Virus record (IMG/VR): IMGVR_UViG_3300045988_165115
Direction: 5' to 3' (one strand)
DNA length: 39,673 bases
DNA from: a virus
Taxonomy: Duplodnaviria; Heunggongvirae; Uroviricota; Caudoviricetes
The number at the start of each line of letters is the position of its first letter. The first letter of the stretch is position 1. Both the position numbers and the translations under genes were made by a program. A model generated the notes under the pieces. It saw nothing but the letters and a program-made list of their open reading frames with translations, did not search any database and was not told the DNA's origin. Shown piece by piece: positions 28,037-37,423 of the stretch.

Positions 28037-28974
28037 CCCCTGAATCCTGCCGGGATCTGGCTGTAGTCCACATTGTCGTAACTGGCTTTGAAGTACGGGT
28101 CTTCGCGTTTTTCTGTGTACGTGCTGACGGACGGCGATAAGCGCAGGGAAAGCTCATCCCATTTTTCCCGCAGCTTCGACGGGCTGAGCACGTTACGGCA
28201 CCAGAACGGATCGCGGCTGACGCGGCTGTACATCTCGCAGATTTGTTTGTGAGTACGACCATCCTGCACACACATCAGGCGAATTTCGTTTGCCCAGGCT
28301 GTCCAGTTCGGTTCTTTGGGACGAACCACCTCGCCGTCACATTCGGCAGCCTGCTCGTACAGGGCGATGATTTTTTTCCAGAGCCACTGTGCGCAGGTCA
28401 AATCATCCTGCGTCCCCCACTGGCGCTTTTTAGGGCTGAATACAACCGCATCAGGATGGCGAGTTAAAAAATCCTGTTCAGCCGTCTGCGTGTCCGGTTG
28501 CGAAGCGTCCGGACGAGAAGTTTTTTTATCTGACGGATCATGTTTTGATTTTACTGACGGATCCCCGCCAGATTCTGACGGGTGAAAACCCGCTTTTTTG
28601 CCAGATTTCGACGCATCAAATTTTGACGGGTCAGATTTTGATGCGTCAGATTTTGACGGGTCAGAATCTGACAGTTGAGAAAATGCCGCTGCCTGAAGCT
28701 TCGCAACGTTAAGCTGATAAACATTCGACGCATTGCGGTTACCCTGGCGACGCGCCTTACGCGTTAACCAGCCTTCTGCTTCCAGCCGTGCGATAGCCGT
28801 TCTGACGGTACTCATCCCCGCGCCAATCTGACGGGCAATGGTTTTAATTGATGGCCAGCACACACCTTCGTCATTACTGAAATCAGCCAGGCGGGCCATA
28901 ATTGCCACGCTGGATAACTTCATGCCTGATGCAGCGCAACCATCCCATACATAGCCGGTTAATTTAGTGCTCAT
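28033..28974 (-). CDS. replication initiator / replisome organiser (lambda O-like) with internal iterons
   Basis: 313 aa; winged-helix N-terminus, a central SDPSKSDASKSDPSKFDASKS repeat encoded by the DNA iterons, and a conserved C-terminal domain. Confidence 0.7.
   Translation of the reverse strand: MSTKLTGYVWDGCAASGMKLSSVAIMARLADFSNDEGVCWPSIKTIARQIGAGMSTVRTAIARLEAEGWLTRKARRQGNRNASNVYQLNVAKLQAAAFSQLSDSDPSKSDASKSDPSKFDASKSGKKAGFHPSESGGDPSVKSKHDPSDKKTSRPDASQPDTQTAEQDFLTRHPDAVVFSPKKRQWGTQDDLTCAQWLWKKIIALYEQAAECDGEVVRPKEPNWTAWANEIRLMCVQDGRTHKQICEMYSRVSRDPFWCRNVLSPSKLREKWDELSLRLSPSVSTYTEKREDPYFKASYDNVDYSQIPAGFRG
28528..28678. repeat. iteron array, putative replication origin inside the initiator gene
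   Basis: At least six direct repeats of about 15 bp, consensus CAGATTTTGACGGG, at 28569, 28601, 28616, 28631, 28646 and 28661, the last four with a 15-bp period. Confidence 0.7.
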
Positions 28975-28983
28975 GACCGACCT

Positions 28984-29322
28984 CTATTTCCCTGAATTTA
29001 CGACGAAACTGTTCGAGCGGACTGAAGCATTCATGCTCATAACCTTCGCGGAGGTAGATAACCCGTTGTGTTTCCGGCTCCCAACGAATGACTCTGACGG
29101 GCACTCCGTAGTGATCTTTGAACCAGCGGTTAACTTGTCGCAAAGGACTGTCTCCTTCTGCCGGTTGAAATCACCCACAGCCCACTCTGCAAAGCTGTGG
29201 GTTACAATTTCCCTGTCACCTGGTACATTCACTGCATAGCAATATTCCACCTTCGCTTTTCCACCCGGTACCGGAAGCGCAATCAGTTGCGAGCGACGGT
29301 AGTGTGTTGTTAAACTGTTCAT
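28984..29322 (-). CDS. hypothetical early-operon protein, positional equivalent of e14 ymfM
   Basis: 112 aa between the YmfL-like gene and the replication initiator. Confidence 0.4.
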   Translation of the reverse strand: MNSLTTHYRRSQLIALPVPGGKAKVEYCYAVNVPGDREIVTHSFAEWAVGDFNRQKETVLCDKLTAGSKITTECPSESFVGSRKHNGLSTSAKVMSMNASVRSNSFVVNSGK

Positions 29323-29876
29323 GCGTTAGTTTCTCCACAACCAGAAGCAATCGACGCCACGACGCCCGGAGCTGCACACTCGCGGGCGTCATTACTTTCT
29401 GAAATGCAAAAAATTTTGTAGACAAGTGCTGCATGCTCCTGCAGCTTCGAAATTGAGAGATACAGCTCGTCGTTAATTGCTGTCTTCTCATGCGGTTCCA
29501 CTACACCGTCTTCGATTGCTGAACGAATCTGTTTTGAATAACTGCCGATCTGTTCAATGACTTCCAGCAGACGCTGGTTAATATCGGCGTTGTCCACATC
29601 CTCGACGTCAGGAAGAGACACAAAGACGCCATTTGCAGACTGCGCCACAGCATCAGCAATGAAGTGAGTGCCACCAGCACGCTGTAAAACCATTGCCCAT
29701 CCCAGCGGGAAAATCTGATCGCCATCTGCACGAAGGCGGTTGAATAAAGCGTTTTCTGTTACATCGAGCCAGTCAGCCGCTTCAGCGTAACCACCCGGCA
29801 ACGCCGCGATAGTTTTTCTGACAGCTTTCACGTACCACTCAGGCTGTTTTTCTATTTTCCAGTGATGCTTACCCAC
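29319..29876 (-). CDS. hypothetical early-operon protein, positional equivalent of e14 ymfL / lambda cII
   Basis: 185 aa directly downstream of cro with overlapping stop/start. Confidence 0.45.
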   Translation of the reverse strand: MGKHHWKIEKQPEWYVKAVRKTIAALPGGYAEAADWLDVTENALFNRLRADGDQIFPLGWAMVLQRAGGTHFIADAVAQSANGVFVSLPDVEDVDNADINQRLLEVIEQIGSYSKQIRSAIEDGVVEPHEKTAINDELYLSISKLQEHAALVYKIFCISESNDARECAAPGVVASIASGCGETNA

Positions 29877-30129
29877 GGTTCACCTCCTGTTCCTGTGGTT
29901 TAAACCCATTCTGATTTTGGCTAGATTGAAAACGTGCCGGATAAAGAATCTGCATTTCGCTGACTTCACCCTTAAAAAAATTGGCTAAACGTTCTGCAAG
30001 CTCGATAGATGGAATCTGCTCCAGCCTCTCAATACGACTCAACGTCGCTGGATTGACTTGAACACCCGCAGCAACATGCTGCAAAGTGAAACCATGCGCC
30101 TTACGCACATTTCGTAATGGTGATTGCAT
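29869..30129 (-). CDS. Cro-like HTH (XRE-family) regulator
   Basis: 86 aa; helix-turn-helix LQHVAAGVQVNPATLSRIE; divergent from the cI-like repressor across a 97-bp operator region. Confidence 0.8.
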   Translation of the reverse strand: MQSPLRNVRKAHGFTLQHVAAGVQVNPATLSRIERLEQIPSIELAERLANFFKGEVSEMQILYPARFQSSQNQNGFKPQEQEVNRG

Positions 30130-30140
30130 ATACCCTCCAA

Positions 30141-30226
30141 ATATTGCGCGTTATGCATGTTATTTCACGCAATTATTTTGCGCAAGTTGATTTGCTTATC
30201 ACGCAATAAAGAAATGTAATAAACGC
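30141..30226. promoter_or_regulatory. cI/cro divergent operator-promoter region with repeated TTGCG/CGCAA half-sites
   Basis: Half-sites at 30144 (TTGCGCG), 30166 (CACGCAA), 30178 (TTGCGCAA) and 30200 (CACGCAA); 15-bp palindrome CGCAATTATTTTGCG at 30168-30182. Confidence 0.6.
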
Positions 30227-30919
30227 ATGAACATAGGAAACCGAGTCAGACAACTTCGCCAAGCGAAGAACATGAAAATCGCCGATCTCGCTGAAGCAAT
30301 AGGAGTAGATGCGGCGAACATCTCGCGCTTAGAAACGGGTAAGCAAAAACAATTTACCGAACAAACACTGAGTAATATTGCCAAGAGCTTAGGTGTTGAT
30401 ATTGCTGATCTCTTTACCTCTGCCCTCAAAAGTAATACTGTATATAAAAACAGTAATAATGAGGATGTTGCGCAGGTGAAGGATGTGTTCCGTATTGAAA
30501 TGCTGGATATCAGTGCCAGTGCGGGAAATGGCCTTATCCAGGGCGGTGATGTCATTGATGTGATTCATGCCATCGAATACAGAACTGATAATGCTGTATC
30601 AATGTTCGGCGGACGACCAGCCAATCACATCAAAGTTATCAACGTTCGTGGGGACAGTATGTGTCCAACCATTGAGCCAGGAGATCTCATCTTCGTTGAT
30701 GTCAGCATCAATCAGTTTGATGGTGATGGTATATATGTCTTTGGTTTTGATGACAAAATATACGTTAAAAGACTTCAAATGATTCCTGACAAACTGCTGG
30801 TGATTTCTGATAACCAGATTTACCGTGAATGGGGAATTACTAGCGAAAACGAACACCGATTCATGGTCTTTGGAAAGGTCTTAATCAGTCAGTCGCAAAC
30901 CCTTAAGAGACATAATTAA
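30227..30919 (+). CDS. CI-like prophage repressor (HTH_XRE plus S24 LexA-like autopeptidase)
   Basis: N-terminal HTH (NMKIADLAEAIGVDAANISRLETGK) and C-terminal S24 motifs (GDSMCPTIEPGDLIFVD ... KRL). Confidence 0.9.
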   Translation: MNIGNRVRQLRQAKNMKIADLAEAIGVDAANISRLETGKQKQFTEQTLSNIAKSLGVDIADLFTSALKSNTVYKNSNNEDVAQVKDVFRIEMLDISASAGNGLIQGGDVIDVIHAIEYRTDNAVSMFGGRPANHIKVINVRGDSMCPTIEPGDLIFVDVSINQFDGDGIYVFGFDDKIYVKRLQMIPDKLLVISDNQIYREWGITSENEHRFMVFGKVLISQSQTLKRHN

Positions 30920-30938
30920 CCTCAATATCCCATCCATC

Positions 30939-30963
30939 GGCCACCGAAAGGTGGCTTTTTATT
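30939..30963 (+). terminator. rho-independent terminator downstream of the repressor gene
   Basis: GCCACC-GAAA-GGTGGC hairpin followed by TTTTTATT. Confidence 0.75.
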
Positions 30964-31196
30964 ACCCATCATTTTGCATATATCGCAATATTACTTGCAT
31001 ATCTCGCAATTTAATTTTATCTTTTGTTCCAGACCAACTACAGGATTACAACAAAATCTGGTTGCAAAACGGTGCATGTGTCGTAAGCGGTCAGTAAATG
31101 TCAAAAACGAACAGGCAGGACGCCCACGAAGTAGCAGCCTGGGGCATATGAAGTCCAGGATGATTCGTTAGCGGATGATTTCAGTGGAGAGAATAG

Positions 31197-31505
31197 ATGA
31201 ATGAGCAGGATTTGAAGCATGTGATCGCATTGTTGCTGGAAGACGCTAAACGTTTGCAGCAGATAGAGCCAAATGCAGGCACTGAGGCCCGTATTTTGTT
31301 AGCAAAACAGGCATTAAAGACTTGCGAGGCGCAAGACCCTGATCGAACCAAGTTCATGAATTTCATGGCTAACACGATCACCCCACTGCCATGCAATGGA
31401 GAGAGGGTGAGCCGTGTTTATCACGACACAATGGTTAAGGCATTAAGAATCGAGCTTGATGGGCTTAGGCGTAAGATCGTGATGAACAAAATCGTTGCCA
31501 ACTAA
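31197..31505 (+). CDS. hypothetical protein, positional equivalent of e14 ymfJ
   Basis: 102 aa; GGAGA Shine-Dalgarno 6 nt upstream of the ATG. Confidence 0.5.
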   Translation: MNEQDLKHVIALLLEDAKRLQQIEPNAGTEARILLAKQALKTCEAQDPDRTKFMNFMANTITPLPCNGERVSRVYHDTMVKALRIELDGLRRKIVMNKIVAN

Positions 31506-31784
31506 GGAAGCAGACGGAAGTAAGCATGCGCTTTGTTCAAATTTGCAGACAAATATATTTGCGTCAACACCAGCACTGTTAGCAATGGAAAAAGTTTGAT
31601 CAAGGATTTGTTGGCAGTTCATTGTGCTTTTGAGGATATATCCCTCTGGAATCAGTCTGCAGCAGCTATCGTCAGACTCTTTGATTGTTTTCTGGTACAG
31701 AAAGTTAAGCATTAATTCTTCAAATTTTTTGGTCTGTTCGGCTGTTGCTTCAAACAGACGAACGTGAACATAAAACTGGTTCAT
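31443..31784 (-). CDS. hypothetical protein, positional equivalent of e14 ymfI; start set to the internal MNQFYV
   Basis: AAGGAAA Shine-Dalgarno upstream of the internal ATG; convergent 3' overlap with the 31197 gene. Confidence 0.45.
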   Translation of the reverse strand: MNQFYVHVRLFEATAEQTKKFEELMLNFLYQKTIKESDDSCCRLIPEGYILKSTMNCQQILDQTFSIANSAGVDANIFVCKFEQSACLLPSASLVGNDFVHHDLTPKPIKLDS

Positions 31785-32063
31785 TAGGTTTCCTTGCTGG
31801 CTGTGTGAGAACTCCAGCATACCACCGAGCCTGAAGTGGTGAAAAGACAGGCAATAGTTTCATTGCTGTGTGTAGTCCTGGCGGTACCAGTTTGTACCCT
31901 TGCTTCCGGCTGGTACCGCTCTTTTTACAAAACAGAGAAGAGCATCACCGGACGACGGGCTCATAACCCAATCCATCCGGGCGGCTGCCACCGCAGGTGT
32001 TCTTCTCTGTTTTGTGGAGAAACCAACCGACCTTGCAGGGTCGATATGATGAGGAGCAGCAAA

Positions 32064-32426
32064 ATGGCTAGCGAACGCGGTACTGATGTGCAGGCATTTA
32101 TCGGGGAGCTGGACGGCGGCGTATTTGAAACCAAAATCGGCGCAGTTCTCAGTGAAGTCGCTTCCGGTGTGATGAACACGAAAACCAAAGGTAAGGTCTC
32201 ACTCAACCTGGAAATCGAACCATTTGATGAGAACCGTGTGAAAATCAAACACAAACTCTCATATGTTCGCCCGACTAACCGCGGGAAAATTTCCGAAGAA
32301 GACACCACCGAAACGCCGATGTATGTCAATCGCGGTGGGCGCCTGACTATTCTGCAGGAAGACCAGGGACAATTACTGACTCTTGCCGGTGAGCCTGACG
32401 GAAAACTCCGCGCAGCAGGTCATTAA
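32064..32426 (+). CDS. YfdP-like prophage protein; start set to the internal MASERG
   Basis: GAGGAG Shine-Dalgarno 7 nt upstream of the ATG at 32064; the longer ORF from 31836 has a poor N-terminus. Confidence 0.5.
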   Translation: MASERGTDVQAFIGELDGGVFETKIGAVLSEVASGVMNTKTKGKVSLNLEIEPFDENRVKIKHKLSYVRPTNRGKISEEDTTETPMYVNRGGRLTILQEDQGQLLTLAGEPDGKLRAAGH

Positions 32427-32491
32427 TATCGTTCTTAATTAACTGATTATTTACCTCATCACTGAATATCTTTATATAGTGAGGACTTATT

Positions 32492-33316
32492 ATGTCTCAG
32501 AACTTAGACGCAACCGCAATTAATCAAATCCATGCCCTTATTTCTGCTCAGGGTGTTAATGAAATTATCAGTAAGATTGGTGCCGACGCAGTGGCATTAC
32601 CTGAAAATTTCCGCATTCATGATCTGGAAAAATTTAATTTAAATCGCTTCCGTTTCCGTGGCGCGCTTTCCACTGCCTGCATCGATGACTTTACCCGTTA
32701 TTCTAAAGATCTTGCAGATGAAGGCACCCGCTGCTTTATCGATGCCGATAATATGCGTGCCGTCAGTGTTCTTAACCTGGGTACTATTGATGAACCAGGT
32801 CACGCAGATAATACCGCCACTCTCAAACTGAAAAAGACAGCACCGTTCTCTGCACTGTTGTCTGTTAACGGCGAGCGTAACTCCCAGAAGTCACTGGCAG
32901 AATGGATTGAAGACTGGGCCGACTACCTTGTGGGCTTTGATGCTAATGGTGACGCCATTCAGGCAACCAAAGCGGCTGCGGCGATCCGTAAAATCACAAT
33001 TGAAGCGAACCAGACTGCTGATTTTGAAGACAATGACTTCAGCGGCAAACGCTCCCTGATGGAGTCTGTCGAAGCGAAGACCAAAGACATTATGCCAGTG
33101 GCATTTGAATTTAAATGCGTTCCGTTTGAAGGCCTGAAAGAACGTCCGTTTAAATTACGCCTCAGCATTATCACTGGCGATCGTCCTGTACTGGTACTAC
33201 GCATTATTCAGCTGGAAGCAGTGCAGGAGGAAATGGCTAACGAATTTCGTGATCTGCTTGTTGATAAATTCAAAGACAGCAAAGTAGAAACCTTTATTGG
33301 TACTTTCACCGCCTGA
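32492..33316 (+). CDS. YfdQ-like (DUF2303-like) prophage protein
   Basis: 274 aa; same size and neighbourhood as CPS-53 yfdQ as recalled. Confidence 0.5.
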   Translation: MSQNLDATAINQIHALISAQGVNEIISKIGADAVALPENFRIHDLEKFNLNRFRFRGALSTACIDDFTRYSKDLADEGTRCFIDADNMRAVSVLNLGTIDEPGHADNTATLKLKKTAPFSALLSVNGERNSQKSLAEWIEDWADYLVGFDANGDAIQATKAAAAIRKITIEANQTADFEDNDFSGKRSLMESVEAKTKDIMPVAFEFKCVPFEGLKERPFKLRLSIITGDRPVLVLRIIQLEAVQEEMANEFRDLLVDKFKDSKVETFIGTFTA

Positions 33317-33444
33317 TTTCATTACTGCAAATGCCCCTGCGGGGGCATTTATGGAAACGTAATTGACTCAATAATCGCCTGATGGCGAGGGTTTTCTTTA
33401 ACCAAAATTCAGCGCGGTGCAGCGCATATAACGTGGAGAACAAA

Positions 33445-33981
33445 ATGTCATTTATTAAAACTTTTTCTGGGAAGCATTTTTATTATGACAAGATAAATAA
33501 AGACGACATCGTTATTAACGATATCGCGGTTTCCCTTTCAAATATCTGCCGCTTTGCAGGACACCTTTCACACTTCTATAGCGTCGCCCAACATGCGGTG
33601 CTTTGCAGCATGCTGGTACCGCAGGAATTTGCTTTTGAAGCATTAATGCATGATGCAACAGAAGCGTATTGCCAGGACATCCCCGCAGCACTGAAACGCC
33701 TTCTTCCTGACTATAAACGGATGGAAGAAAAAATAGACGCCGTAATCCGTGAGAAATACGGGTTACCTCAGGCTATGAGCACGCCCGTGAAATATGCCGA
33801 TCTCATCATGCTGGCAACCGAACGCCGCGATCTCGGGCTTGATGATGGCTCTTTCTGGCCAGTATTGGAAGGTATCCCGGCAACAGAGATGTTCGAAGTT
33901 GTTCCTCTGGCTCCTGGCCATGCCTACGAGATATTTATGGAACGTTTTAAAGAGCTGCATAAGATACATAAGCAATCCTGA
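33445..33981 (+). CDS. HD-domain hydrolase, YfdR-like 5'-deoxynucleotidase
   Basis: HD motifs (SVAQHA ... LMHDATEAYCQD); GGAGAA Shine-Dalgarno upstream of the ATG at 33445. Confidence 0.6.
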   Translation: MSFIKTFSGKHFYYDKINKDDIVINDIAVSLSNICRFAGHLSHFYSVAQHAVLCSMLVPQEFAFEALMHDATEAYCQDIPAALKRLLPDYKRMEEKIDAVIREKYGLPQAMSTPVKYADLIMLATERRDLGLDDGSFWPVLEGIPATEMFEVVPLAPGHAYEIFMERFKELHKIHKQS

Positions 33982-34021
33982 CAGCGAAATTAACTAGTGA
34001 AATAGTTTTGTAGCAAAAGAA

Positions 34022-34282
34022 ATGAGGTTATCAAAAATGCTTCAAATGCTGACACTTGAGGAATGGGCTGCGGAAAAATTTAGGAGTAATCCTCCAAGTG
34101 TGTCCACATTGCGTCGTTATGCTAAGCAGAATTTATTTTGTCCACCAGCAATGAAACAAGGTCGACTCTGGCGAGTACGTGAGGACGCAGAGTTAGTTGG
34201 GGAATTAGTTACTCCAGTAATCAAGAAAAGTGATTCTATTATTCTGCAAAGGATTTTAAGCAATGGCAGCCAGACCACGTAA
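34022..34282 (+). CDS. xis: excisionase (lambda Xis-like); start uncertain, alternative ATGs at 34037 and 34046
   Basis: LTLEEWAAEKFRSNPPSVSTLRRYAKQNLFCPPAMKQGRLW parallels lambda Xis; overlaps the int start. Confidence 0.7.
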   Translation: MRLSKMLQMLTLEEWAAEKFRSNPPSVSTLRRYAKQNLFCPPAMKQGRLWRVREDAELVGELVTPVIKKSDSIILQRILSNGSQTT

Positions 34283-35390
34283 AAATAATGTTTCAGTACC
34301 TAACTTGTATCCGCTTTATAGTAGAAAAGTAAATAAAGTCTATTGGCGATATAAGCATCCAGTGACCGGGAAATTTCATTCGTTGGGCACAAATGAAGCT
34401 GAAGCTATTGCTATTGCCACTGAAGCTAACACTCGTCTGGCTGAGCAAAGAACCCGGCAGATTCTAGCTATCAGTGATAGGATCGCAACCAGCAAAGGAA
34501 AAGCGATCACAACGTCAACCTGGTTAGATCGCTATCAAGCGATCCAGGATGACAGGCTCAAAAGTGGTGATATAAGACTCAACACCTATAAGCAAAAAGC
34601 TAAACCAGTATCCTTGCTCAGAGAACGAGCAGGAATGAAGTTGATCTCATCCGTTGATGTTAGAGATATAGCACAATTGCTTGATGAGTATATTGCAGCT
34701 GGACAGCCTAGAATGGCCCAAGTCGTTAGGTCTGTATTGATCGATGTGTTTAAGGAAGCACAGCATTATGGCGAAGTTCCGCCAGGGTATAACCCTGCTC
34801 TTGCGACGAAGCAACCCAAAAGAAAAATTACCCGTCAACGCCTCAGCCTGGAAGAATGGCAAAAAATATTCGATATAGCAGACGCCAGTCATCGTTACAT
34901 GGGAAATGCCATGCTCCTAGCTTTGGTCACTGGGCAGCGTTTGGGAGATATATCCAAAATGAAATTTAGTGATATTTGGGAAGATCATCTTCACGTCATT
35001 CAGGAAAAGACTGGAAGCAAAATCGCTATCCCTCTTTCTCTTCGCCTCAATGCGATTAACTGGAGTTTACGCGATGTAATAGCCCGCTGCCGTGACTATG
35101 CAGTCAGCCCATACCTAGTGCATTTTTTCCGTTCAACTTCACAAGCAGAACGTGGGGCACAGGTTAAATCCAATACATTGACGATGAACTTTAGTAAAGC
35201 GAGAGATTTAGCAGGAATTGACTGGGGTGATGGCTCACCCGCAACATTCCATGAACAAAGATCGTTATCTGAACGCCTGTACAAGGAGCAAGGGATAGAT
35301 ACCAGAAAGCTACTTGGGCATAAAACACAACAACAAACCGATCGTTACCATGATGACCGAGGGAAAGGTTGGAGCAAAGTAGCTTTGTGA
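34263..35390 (+). CDS. int: tyrosine site-specific integrase, lambda Int family
   Basis: 375 aa; catalytic-region motifs (LALVTGQRLGDISKMKFSD; HEQRSLSERLY; LLGHKTQQQTDRYHDDRG) align with lambda Int. Confidence 0.9.
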   Translation: MAARPRKNNVSVPNLYPLYSRKVNKVYWRYKHPVTGKFHSLGTNEAEAIAIATEANTRLAEQRTRQILAISDRIATSKGKAITTSTWLDRYQAIQDDRLKSGDIRLNTYKQKAKPVSLLRERAGMKLISSVDVRDIAQLLDEYIAAGQPRMAQVVRSVLIDVFKEAQHYGEVPPGYNPALATKQPKRKITRQRLSLEEWQKIFDIADASHRYMGNAMLLALVTGQRLGDISKMKFSDIWEDHLHVIQEKTGSKIAIPLSLRLNAINWSLRDVIARCRDYAVSPYLVHFFRSTSQAERGAQVKSNTLTMNFSKARDLAGIDWGDGSPATFHEQRSLSERLYKEQGIDTRKLLGHKTQQQTDRYHDDRGKGWSKVAL

Positions 35391-35600
35391 GCGTTTAAGT
35401 TTCTCAATCCCACATTAATTATCTCATCACACATGTAACAGGCCAAACAGACTGCTCTGAGCGACGAACCGTTGTTGACCAGTAACGCCATAGAGTATAT
35501 TCAGTAAGTGTTCCAATGTATATAAGAAATGCGCTGTGTATATTTTTAATTCAAAATAGTTTGAAGCACAATCATGAAACAGATTCTTATGAATACAAAA

Positions 35601-36716
35601 TTAAATTAAATCAAATAGCCCATGTTCATCTATAGCCTTTGAACTAATTAAGTTCGCGGCTTCTATGTCATTGTCACTTGCCTCAGAAATAAGGAAAAAT
35701 GAATCAACATGATTTTGCAAAATAATTTCCTTATACTTCTTGAGCCATTGTAATTTACCTGTAGTGAACAATACTTTACGCGGTAGCAAAATACGGCTAA
35801 AAACTGATGGAAGATACTCACTTCTATTAAATGGAATAAAAGGGTCGCCTAAAGAAAGAATAGTTAGACGATTAAATTCACCGTGCGAATTCAATTTTTC
35901 AGCTGATTTGGCTATACCACTTGGTAAAAAAACACCTGTCTTGATACCGTTGCGTAAAGCAACAACAGCCATCATTTTATCAAAGGCAGTACCTCCAAAT
36001 AATAAGGAATATCCTTTTTTAACAGAAAGATCAATAGTATCAAGAACAACTTGTTTTTCTATATCACTTGGTGACGTGCTCGAAATTATCGAAAGATCAA
36101 AATCAGTAAATAACTGCCCAGTATAATAAAGATTTTTGCCGGTGAAAGTTGACAACTTTAAAGGAAACATTTTATCATCATGCTTAATTTCAGATACATT
36201 AAGATCTGTTAAGGATGGATAGTTAAAGTTTGGTGAGGCTTTTCCGTGTTTATTATTTTTTGATGCCTGCGGACTAAAAACTAGAATTTCATTTTTATTA
36301 TTACACAGGTAATCCTGTATCATTTTTTTTACAATATCCCAATCAAGACCACCGTGACCACAACCTAAAGCTGGCAGGGTGATTGTTTTTCCATGTTTAT
36401 TATCCAAATATTTCGAGAGCCAATGCAGTCCTTTTTCGATATATTCGTACTTAGACTTATTTCTCCAATGATCCTTGGTGGGAAAGTTTATGATTTCTAT
36501 TTCCTTACCATACGTATCATTACCTTTCCAAACAGCTGGTCTTCCTGGAGATATTTCTCCTTTTTTACACAGCAATACGTATTCATTATACATTTCAGGA
36601 AACTTATTCTTAAAAGCAAAAGCAACCCCTGCCCCCATTACACCAACACAATTAACTGTATTAATTCTAATGTCAGCAGCATAATCGAAAAAATCACCAT
36701 CAACATATCTAATCAT
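35601..36716 (-). CDS. macrodomain protein (TARG1/DarG-type) with a C-terminal Rossmann/SLOG-like domain; candidate DarG-like partner
   Basis: Start set at MIRYVDG, preceded by AAGGAGG; macro motifs GDFFDYAADIRINTVNCVGVMGAGVAFAFKNKF and LPALGCGHGGLDW resemble TARG1/DarG; C-terminal LLFGGTAFDKMMAVVA glycine-rich loop; AT-rich. Confidence 0.6.
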   Translation of the reverse strand: MIRYVDGDFFDYAADIRINTVNCVGVMGAGVAFAFKNKFPEMYNEYVLLCKKGEISPGRPAVWKGNDTYGKEIEIINFPTKDHWRNKSKYEYIEKGLHWLSKYLDNKHGKTITLPALGCGHGGLDWDIVKKMIQDYLCNNKNEILVFSPQASKNNKHGKASPNFNYPSLTDLNVSEIKHDDKMFPLKLSTFTGKNLYYTGQLFTDFDLSIISSTSPSDIEKQVVLDTIDLSVKKGYSLLFGGTAFDKMMAVVALRNGIKTGVFLPSGIAKSAEKLNSHGEFNRLTILSLGDPFIPFNRSEYLPSVFSRILLPRKVLFTTGKLQWLKKYKEIILQNHVDSFFLISEASDNDIEAANLISSKAIDEHGLFDLI

Positions 36717-37186
36717 AAAACCTCCTTTGGTCAGAGTATACATCCTTATTTCTGGCTCTTCAATTCTATTGTCAAAAACTTTTACAAAGTCTGCATCAGT
36801 AAAACTGATGGCGCATTTTAAAATTAAAATCAATATGTCCATATCAAACGTTATATTTGTTATTTTTTGTATTTATTATTCATATCCATCATGTGCTATT
36901 AAATCGCCCAAAAGAACATAATAAATTATGTGCACCACTTTCTTCTTATTGAATTTTGGATTACATTACGATCTAAATTAGATCTTTTGCCAATATCATA
37001 AACATATGCAGCAAACGTTGCAACAAGCTGTTCTCATTCTAACAGTTAGTAGAATATAAACTCTGTAATTAGCACACTGAATTCCCTTCATCTATGAGTT
37101 ACAACATCCTTTAAGTGAATAGTATTGTTAGTTTAAATCTATTAATATCATTCATAAAACTATTTTATATAGTTAAAGTCATTATA

Positions 37187-37214
37187 AATCCATCTGAATA
37201 TATACAGATGGATT
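37187..37214. repeat. perfect 10-bp inverted repeat in the intergenic gap between the DarT-like and macro genes
   Basis: AATCCATCTG - 8-nt loop - CAGATGGATT. Confidence 0.5.
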
Positions 37215-37423
37215 CTGCCAATAGTCTTTGCAGGTGAAGTGCATGTTATATATTTTTTAGGGAATATATTTTCTAATTATTTCTCAGATAAAAATTTGCA
37301 GAACGAAATTACTTTACATAATACCGAATGTTACAGATTATTTTATTGCATATAAGCATTGAACTAACCACTATCACAGTGACTATGTTAATCATAAAAT
37401 CTGCATCAAATTCAAAAAGCTCC

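Noticed and set aside
28528-28678. Tandem repeats considered as a CRISPR array
   Set aside because: The 15-bp period with no spacers, location inside a coding sequence, and no cas genes make these replication iterons, not CRISPR.
28014-28733. ORFs of 85, 74, 89 and 60 aa in other frames of the replication gene, including one across the iterons
   Set aside because: The repeat array creates open frames in several phases; only the 313-aa frame has a coherent winged-helix and C-terminal domain.
29216-29731. Minus-strand ORFs of 91 and 76 aa
   Set aside because: Alternate frames overlapping the 185-aa early gene.
30199-30856. Minus-strand ORFs of 118 and 85 aa plus a 71-aa plus-frame ORF within cI
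   Set aside because: Overlap the well-supported repressor gene in other frames.
31836-32063. N-terminal 76-aa extension of the YfdP-like ORF
   Set aside because: Cys/Arg-rich and lacks a Shine-Dalgarno sequence; the internal ATG at 32064 has GAGGAG upstream.
31961-32329. 122-aa minus-strand ORF
   Set aside because: Antisense to the YfdP-like gene.
36717-36842. N-terminal 42-aa extension of the macrodomain ORF (MDILILILKC...)
   Set aside because: The internal ATG at 36716 is preceded by a near-perfect AAGGAGG and the macro fold begins there.
35740-36921. Plus-strand ORFs (128, 142, 69, 64 aa) overlapping the macrodomain gene
   Set aside because: Antisense low-complexity frames in AT-rich DNA; the minus-strand frame carries macrodomain motifs and a strong AGGAGG site.
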